Of a stretch of 32,000 nt of DNA, positions 26,372 through 32,000 are shown in pieces. The DNA is from Candidatus Odinarchaeia archaeon (GTDB lineage: Archaea; Asgardarchaeota; Odinarchaeia; Odinarchaeales; Odinarchaeaceae): assembly GCA_029856525.1 (NCBI GenBank), contig JAHQXC010000002.1:12961-44960 (forward strand), written 5' to 3'. Made by a program: the position numbers and the translations under genes. Numbering within the stretch: position 1 is the stretch's first letter; each line of letters opens with the position of its first letter. The notes beneath the pieces were generated by a model, which did no database searches, had not been told where the DNA came from, and worked only from the letters and a program-made list of their open reading frames with translations.

Positions 26372-27271
26372 TTAAAGTATCACTGAGCCTGTTAAAGCAA
26401 AATTTAGTATAAATTTCTTGAAACCTGTGATGGTCTCTAGGATCCTAGCTGAAAGCCATTCTTCAGCCGGAGGTTTAGGCTCGTAAACGATAATTCGCAG
26501 ATAGGTGTCTTCAACTATAAGTTCTACTCTTCCAATAAATGAAAGCTTTTTAAAATTAAATAATAGTCTTGTCAACCAACGATATGATGGTAGTAAACGA
26601 AGTTTACCCTCGTAAAGTTTAGTATTCTTCCATATAATGTTGTTATCTACGATCAGCTCTAATTTATCATATTGGTTTTTAAGATTCTCCTCGTAGATAA
26701 GATACCTCCCCGAGATACTCTTATAAAAATCTGTTATTTCAATCTTAGACTCTACTCCATTAGTTAAAATATATGTGTTGTAAAAAAGACTTGTTTTTAA
26801 GGCAGAGTCATTTAATTCTAACTCGACTGCAACGTCGACTTGCCTAGGTTTACTCTCAATTTTATAATTTTGAAAGATCGCTGCTAGAAAATCTCTCTCT
26901 AATCGTGTAAGTTCAGCTAAACTATTCTCTAATAGAGAGGCTTTAAAATATTTTGATTTAAGCCAGCTGCACAGCCTGTTTAAAATAAGATTGAAAGGGA
27001 TAATAATTATGAAAACTACAAGTATTAGGTAAACAGTGAAGGTTAAAGGCGAGACTGGAACGATGAAAATAAAGTTGTATAGAAACGGGAGGAGGATAAT
27101 TGAAATAACGGTTACTAATATAACCTCTATGAGAAGGTAACCAGGGTTCTTTAAGGCCTCGTTTAAACGTAGTATTTTATTCCTATAAGCAGCCGTCTTA
27201 AATTCTTTTAAGATGCTCGTAATAGCCTCGCGCTCCGAGTTAAGCTGGCTGATAATTTTTTCCACGCTCAT
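26372..27271 (-). CDS. Hypothetical protein with two N-terminal TM helices
   Basis: 299 aa ORF with SD-like AGTGA 5 nt upstream of the ATG. Hydrophobic segments at about residues 46-97; no recognisable motif. Confidence 0.7.
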   Translation of the reverse strand: MSVEKIISQLNSEREAITSILKEFKTAAYRNKILRLNEALKNPGYLLIEVILVTVISIILLPFLYNFIFIVPVSPLTFTVYLILVVFIIIIPFNLILNRLCSWLKSKYFKASLLENSLAELTRLERDFLAAIFQNYKIESKPRQVDVAVELELNDSALKTSLFYNTYILTNGVESKIEITDFYKSISGRYLIYEENLKNQYDKLELIVDNNIIWKNTKLYEGKLRLLPSYRWLTRLLFNFKKLSFIGRVELIVEDTYLRIIVYEPKPPAEEWLSARILETITGFKKFILNFALTGSVIL

Positions 27272-27425
27272 TTAGATCACTGTTTAAATCTCAAATATAT
27301 ATTAGAGTTTGAAAATTAAGGATTTTAACTCTATCGAATAATATCGTTAAAAATGTCGCGAAAAATATTATAAAATAATAATTTTCCCTTAAGATTCTAG
27401 AGAACTGAGATTATCTTTTTCTATC

Positions 27426-27446
27426 ATTAAGCTTGATCAGCTTAAT
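27426..27446. promoter_or_regulatory. Perfect 8-5-8 inverted repeat in a divergent intergenic region (candidate operator)
   Basis: ATTAAGCT-TGATC-AGCTTAAT, between the divergent genes starting at 27271 (-) and 27560 (+). Confidence 0.35.
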
Positions 27447-27559
27447 CTACACTTATTTGAAGATATTAAGCATCGAAAGTCGAAGCGCCGTTCTAATCTA
27501 AGAGGCTTCGAAAATATTTAAAAATAATCCGCATTCAAGCTTGTTAACGGCGACCTCTA

Positions 27560-27751
27560 ATGGCTAAAAAGAAAAAAAGTTTATTAAAGAAATTTCTAGT
27601 TTCAATTGCAGTAGGTTTTATCAGCTTAGCTACCTCTTTAGCTATTATCTCAGCTTTAAACTATGGGTTAAGTCTGATAGTATTATTTCAATGGTTTTTT
27701 ATAAGCGCCCCGGGTATTCTCATACTCATTTCTCTAAGCGAAGGTGATTAG
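27560..27751 (+). CDS. Small hypothetical membrane protein (2 TM, basic N-terminus)
   Basis: 63 aa, MAKKKKSLLKK followed by two hydrophobic helices. TATA-like TTTAAAAA about 35-40 nt upstream. Confidence 0.55.
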   Translation: MAKKKKSLLKKFLVSIAVGFISLATSLAIISALNYGLSLIVLFQWFFISAPGILILISLSEGD

Positions 27752-28141
27752 ATGAGTTTTAAAAAATATTTTATAAGAATTCTAATAGTGTTTTTCACTG
27801 GAATTCTAATCTTAAACATATTAACCAGTCTAATAAGAAATGTTACCGTTATGATATTACTCTTCATAACACCTATAGCAGTCGCCTTCATCCTATTAAA
27901 TATTAGAGAGTTAAACACATGGATTAGAAAAAATTATAGGAGAGGTGAGAGGGGAGTGTTATCATTTAAAAAAACGGGTGATAAAATAAACCTCTTAATT
28001 AAACCGTTCATCCCGTTAATAAATCAGATCTGCGAGGATATAAAACAGGCTGAGGATAGAAAACTAAAAGCGTTAAACCTTACATACGGGGAAAATTACT
28101 TGAAGCCTTTAATGGATATTATAAAAAGATTAGAGGAGTAA
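27752..28141 (+). CDS. Small hypothetical membrane protein (2 TM plus soluble C-terminus)
   Basis: 129 aa. The ATG directly follows the TAG of the previous ORF, with SD GAAGGTGA 4 nt upstream. Confidence 0.65.
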   Translation: MSFKKYFIRILIVFFTGILILNILTSLIRNVTVMILLFITPIAVAFILLNIRELNTWIRKNYRRGERGVLSFKKTGDKINLLIKPFIPLINQICEDIKQAEDRKLKALNLTYGENYLKPLMDIIKRLEE

Positions 28142-28142
28142 A

Positions 28143-28637
28143 TTAATCTGATAAAACAGATATATGTGGAAGTAATAGGTTATATGTTTGCTCAATTGTC
28201 TCAATTAAAACTCTAGCACCCCCGATTACCTCCATAAATCCTAATTCAGACCTATACCGGGGAACGACATGAACGTGAAGATGTTTTATGCTAGCGCCAC
28301 TGTTCTCGCCGATGTTAACTCCTATATTAAAACCCGGTGGATTGTAAACTTTTTTTAAAAGATTAATTACAGCGGCGACCTTATTAAACAGGTAAGCGAT
28401 CTCAGCTTCATTAAGCTCAACTAAGCTTTCAACATGTCTAGTTGGAACCACCATTAAATGACCGGGGTTATAAGGATACTTGTTTAAAACCACCATAATT
28501 TTTTCATTTTTAAAAAGTATTTTAACATCAGATTCTTCAGGTTTCTTGAAAGCTTTACAGAATATACACTCAAGGTTTTTATCCTTGTTAAGGACGTAAT
28601 CCTTCTTATCTGGAACATATAATATATCCTTGAATAT
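28143..28637 (-). CDS. HIT-family nucleotide hydrolase/phosphorylase (Fhit/Rv2613c-like Ap4A-type), probable non-canonical ATA start
   Basis: NKYPYNPGHLMVVP, GFNIGVNIG, HLHVHVVPR (histidine triad). The frame extends upstream of ATG 28496 through ECIFC and DILYVP to an in-frame stop at 28644-28646. ATA at 28637 lies 6 nt after SD AAGGTGA, giving 164 aa. Confidence 0.85.
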   Translation of the reverse strand: MFKDILYVPDKKDYVLNKDKNLECIFCKAFKKPEESDVKILFKNEKIMVVLNKYPYNPGHLMVVPTRHVESLVELNEAEIAYLFNKVAAVINLLKKVYNPPGFNIGVNIGENSGASIKHLHVHVVPRYRSELGFMEVIGGARVLIETIEQTYNLLLPHISVLSD

Positions 28638-28926
28638 TTCAGGTCACCTTGCAAAACAGGCTTCCAATTTAAACTGTAACGGTTATAAGACCTCTTTTAA
28701 TAGGAAGAGGGTTCAAGCTGATAAAATTAGATAATTCTTCTATCTTTATAATATTTTTGAGAGAGACTGGTTAAAGCGAATCTAAGCTAACAAAGACAGA
28801 GACCGGCTTATAAAACTAGTATAGTCGTTAACTGGGAAGCCTTGAGAAAAATAAGAAATTAACTTAAACAATACATTATATAAAGTTAATATATTTTTAG
28901 CGTGTGAAAATTTATAGACGACAATT

Positions 28927-29550
28927 TCAAAAATCAGTTTTATTATATTCAGGAGGCGGAGTAGACTTTACCTCGTGTTTTAAAAAATTGTAAATATAGA
29001 AAACAGATGTGAAATAGTTTTCAGCGAGACTTAAACTAACCCCGTTATTCTCTAAAGCGTACCTTAACCTATTCTCCCATATATCAATTAATTCAATTAG
29101 AGATAAACTAAAATAGTTTTTACATGTAAAAAAGTGTTTAAGATTCGAAGATTTAACGTATTCTAGTAATTTGAGTAAAACTAGGCGACTAAGCTTCACC
29201 GCTTCAACCGGTTTATTCAATCTTAATAAGTTATCTATTAGCCTAAATTTTTTAATAATATAAGTATCAGACGCTTCTTTTAGTGATCCTGTGATCTCAT
29301 CTCTTAAAAGCATATTTAACCAGCTTATTTTTTTAATGAAAGCAGTTAAACTCTTCTTTTTAAAGTATACTATGCTTATAATAATAAATCCTAGTAGCGT
29401 AGAGAAAGAGGCGAGAATATAAGTGTAAACACTTGGTGGTAGAATTTTCAGGTAGTAGACTGGTATTAGAATAAATGAAGTTAAACTTATTAAAGCTGAT
29501 AATATGATTAGAGTTTTCACGGCCTCATGTATTTTCAATTTAAATACCAT
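28927..29550 (-). CDS. Hypothetical membrane protein (two N-terminal TM helices)
   Basis: 207 aa ORF with two hydrophobic helices within the first ~62 residues; no SD and no recognisable motif. Confidence 0.65.
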   Translation of the reverse strand: MVFKLKIHEAVKTLIILSALISLTSFILIPVYYLKILPPSVYTYILASFSTLLGFIIISIVYFKKKSLTAFIKKISWLNMLLRDEITGSLKEASDTYIIKKFRLIDNLLRLNKPVEAVKLSRLVLLKLLEYVKSSNLKHFFTCKNYFSLSLIELIDIWENRLRYALENNGVSLSLAENYFTSVFYIYNFLKHEVKSTPPPEYNKTDF

Positions 29551-29833
29551 AATGTTTCAGTTAAAGCGGTAAATTAATTAAATATGAACATCTAAAAAAT
29601 ATCTGGTTTTTATAAAACTTTATCGGATTTTTAGAATTCTCAAATATTTTTTATCAAAGATTTAAGGGTTTAAAACAGCTATAATTTTAAAATAAGCTGT
29701 AAAAAAACCTAATTAAATAAAATTTTTAAACACCTGTCCATGAAAGCCAGGTAGTGAATGTTAAAAAACGCGACATTTTAGACAGCAATAAAATAATCTG
29801 AATGAAAGCGTGCTATCGTCTAGTAAACTACCG

Positions 29834-29856
29834 AAGCGTTTTTAAATAGAACGCTT
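29834..29856 (+). promoter_or_regulatory. TATA box enclosed by a perfect 7-bp inverted repeat upstream of the surface-protein gene
   Basis: AAGCGTT-TTTAAATAG-AACGCTT. TTTAAATA at 29841-29848 is about 30 nt before ATG 29878. Confidence 0.5.
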
Positions 29857-29877
29857 ACCCGGCTATACTCGAGCTGT

Positions 29878-31869
29878 ATGAGTAAGATAAAAAAAGCGTT
29901 AGCAGTTTTAGCGATTCTAACCCTGATTATACCTGCAGCGAATTCTATAGTTCAAGGGAATGGAAACACTCAGTTAAACAGTAGTATACTCATCTTATAT
30001 GATCAGAGAGATCAAAACGCTTTAAACTGGTATAATTTTTTAAAAAATTATGGTTATAATGTTTCAATTCAGTCAATGCAGATAATATTCGCTAACCCTA
30101 TATTACTGAAAAATTTTAGACTTATAATACTCGACAACACTACTAATAATTTAAACGGTGATCGATGGAAGACAGAGGAGTATAAGCTACTAGCTGATCA
30201 AAAAGTGCCTTTAATAGCCAACGGATTCGGGGGATGGTTAATTCTTAAGCTTAGCGGTGTAAACTCGATGCGATTATACGATAAAACATCATATCTTAAA
30301 GTTAATTTAGAAGATTATAATTTAAGCATCTTCCACAGTCCTTACGAGTTAGATTTCATTAATCAAAGCTCTATTTTACTCTTAAAAATAAGCGACACAT
30401 ACTATAACTCAACGTTCTTCCTTCCAGCGGATATACCTATGTTGAAAACCTATTACTATAGGTATTCTGACTGTGCTATTGGAAAATATGAAGGCTACTC
30501 TAATAACACGAATATATTCTTCAGCTTTATATATGATCCGAGCGCGCTTTCAGAAAACGGTAGAAGAGCTTACGTTAACCTGGTGGAGAATGCTTTAAGC
30601 AGACAAATTATAAAAGAGAAAACATTTCTCACGATAATATCAGATGACATTCTATTCGTAAACGAAGAGTATACTATAATCTTTAAACTTATAGATGAAA
30701 AAGGGAACGGGGTTAACGCTCCTATTAGAATCTTATTCAATAATATAGAAAAACAGCAAGCTTACACTAACAGTGAAGGGGTCTACAAGTTAAACTATAC
30801 CCCAGGCTATACGGATACAGGTTTAATAGAGATCACCGCGTATTTTGAAGGAAACCAAATATATGAGAGCTCATATTCTATGAAAGATATTATTATAGAA
30901 GAGAAACGAGTGACATTCCTAAATTTAACGGGCCCTAGTTTAATAGTCTACGGTGAAAAAGCTTACTATACAGCAATTCTAACAGAAGAAAACGGTTCAA
31001 AACTCTCAGGGAAAAATATAAAATTCTACGTTAACAGCTTGCTAATATGTGAAGGAGTCACAGATTTAGAAGGGAAAATAATATTCGAGTACACGCCAAG
31101 TAAGCTGGGAAAAATAGTTTTAAAGTGTATTTTTAACGGTGAAAAAGAATATTATCCGTGTTATTCAAATGAACTAGAATGCGAGATTACAGCTCCGAGT
31201 TTAAGAAACACGGTTTTAACGTTAAAAACACCTAAAACAGCAATTGTAAACGAGAGCGTTTTAATTGAAACCAAACTTTTAGATAGTTCAATGAACCCGC
31301 TTGAAAATAAAAATATCTATCTCCTATTAAACAATCAGGTTTACAATATAGGTGTAACTGATTTAAACGGTTGCGAAAACTTTTCAGTAATCTTCAACCA
31401 GAGCGGCTACTATAATATCACTGTTTTATACCCAGGGGACGGTGAGTATAGTAAATCGAAGAAAACCAGTCTTCTAGTAGTTGATAGAATTCCTACTAAA
31501 ATATTATTAACCATCGAAAAAATTACAACTAACAGTGTATTCAAAATAAACTTGAAATTATTAAGTGAATTTAACCAGCCGATTAGTAATCAAACCATCA
31601 CAGTTTATTTGAACGATGTTAAATTACAGAGTCTCATCACAGATGAATACGGATCAGCCACTTATACCGTAAACCTTGGAGAAGGATTAAAGAGTATAAA
31701 AATTGAATTCAAGTATAATGGAGATGAAATTTATAAGAGTTGTTCTGAAACATGCGAGTTAACTGTTGAAAACGGACCAGCGGAGAACGGGGTTCCATTA
31801 GGTTTGACAGCTATCACCTGCTGTGCTGTGGCTTTAACCATAATACTGAGAAAGCTAAGGATACCGTGA
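29878..31869 (+). CDS. Secreted, C-terminally anchored surface protein with four Ig-like repeats (adhesin-like)
   Basis: 663 aa. Signal peptide MSKIKKALAVLAILTLIIPAA, C-terminal TM VPLGLTAITCCAVALTIIL plus RKLR, four Ig-like repeats, and 14 N-x-S/T sequons counted by eye. Confidence 0.8.
   Translation: MSKIKKALAVLAILTLIIPAANSIVQGNGNTQLNSSILILYDQRDQNALNWYNFLKNYGYNVSIQSMQIIFANPILLKNFRLIILDNTTNNLNGDRWKTEEYKLLADQKVPLIANGFGGWLILKLSGVNSMRLYDKTSYLKVNLEDYNLSIFHSPYELDFINQSSILLLKISDTYYNSTFFLPADIPMLKTYYYRYSDCAIGKYEGYSNNTNIFFSFIYDPSALSENGRRAYVNLVENALSRQIIKEKTFLTIISDDILFVNEEYTIIFKLIDEKGNGVNAPIRILFNNIEKQQAYTNSEGVYKLNYTPGYTDTGLIEITAYFEGNQIYESSYSMKDIIIEEKRVTFLNLTGPSLIVYGEKAYYTAILTEENGSKLSGKNIKFYVNSLLICEGVTDLEGKIIFEYTPSKLGKIVLKCIFNGEKEYYPCYSNELECEITAPSLRNTVLTLKTPKTAIVNESVLIETKLLDSSMNPLENKNIYLLLNNQVYNIGVTDLNGCENFSVIFNQSGYYNITVLYPGDGEYSKSKKTSLLVVDRIPTKILLTIEKITTNSVFKINLKLLSEFNQPISNQTITVYLNDVKLQSLITDEYGSATYTVNLGEGLKSIKIEFKYNGDEIYKSCSETCELTVENGPAENGVPLGLTAITCCAVALTIILRKLRIP
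30619..31776 (+). repeat. Four tandem ~95-100 aa Ig-like protein repeats within the surface protein
   Basis: Repeats begin KTFLTI, VTFLNL, NTVLTL and PTKILL. Each contains a T(D/N)xxG motif (TNSEG, TDLEG, TDLNG, TDEYG) and a (F/Y)xGxxxY motif (FEGNQIY, FNGEKEY, YPGDGEY, YNGDEIY). Divergent at DNA level. Confidence 0.75.
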
Positions 31870-32000
31870 TAATTTTTTCAAGGAACGGTTAAGCAGCCTA
31901 TTTAGATTGAAACATGAATAAACTGGAGAATATTATTCAAAAGAAAAAGTTTAACGAAAAAAGTCTAGTTTTACGTTACCAGCTGCTTCGCGTGAAACCT

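Noticed and set aside
28691-28715. Hairpin CCTCTT-N8-AAGAGG followed by GTTCAAG (T-loop-like)
   Set aside because: No cloverleaf or matching T-stem, and a 6-bp stem is expected by chance.
31870-32000. Possible 3' end of a minus-strand gene at the window edge
   Set aside because: All three minus frames stop within about 16 codons of the edge; too little sequence to support a call.
1-32000. CRISPR arrays, IS elements/transposases, integrases, rRNA or tRNA genes
   Set aside because: No regularly spaced repeats, terminal inverted repeats with a transposase, or RNA-gene signatures were seen by eye. A covariance-model scan was not possible.

Overview
A densely packed, AT-rich archaeal chromosome segment with 27 supportable CDSs and no rRNA, tRNA, CRISPR array or mobile element that I could recognise. 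A Rab-like small GTPase, a divergent EF-2 paralogue outside a ribosomal-protein operon, and GGTGA/GAGGTG-type Shine-Dalgarno (SD) sites point to an Asgard archaeon (inference). In order, the window carries: larB/larC (nickel-pincer cofactor synthesis); an MBL-fold hydrolase; a membrane protein with a CorA/DUF155-like tail; a PLP aminotransferase; a luxE-luxC-SDR operon with no luciferase genes; a membrane-anchored alpha/beta hydrolase; satP; a class II HMG-CoA reductase; ADP-forming acetate-CoA ligase plus a stand-alone Pta N-terminal (DRTGG) protein; an EF-2 paralogue apparently co-transcribed with two small DMT/EamA transporter genes; a GT39/ArnT-like glycosyltransferase; the Rab-like GTPase; a methyltransferase / B12-radical SAM / GT-C operon; several small membrane proteins; a HIT hydrolase; and an Ig-repeat surface protein. 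The leading candidate for an undescribed system is the luciferase-free LuxE/LuxC/SDR carboxylate-reduction operon. Other leads are the EF-2 paralogue plus transporter operon, the B12-radical SAM/GT-C operon, and two genes whose frames run upstream to a strong SD site with no canonical start codon. All family calls come from motif reading, not database searches.
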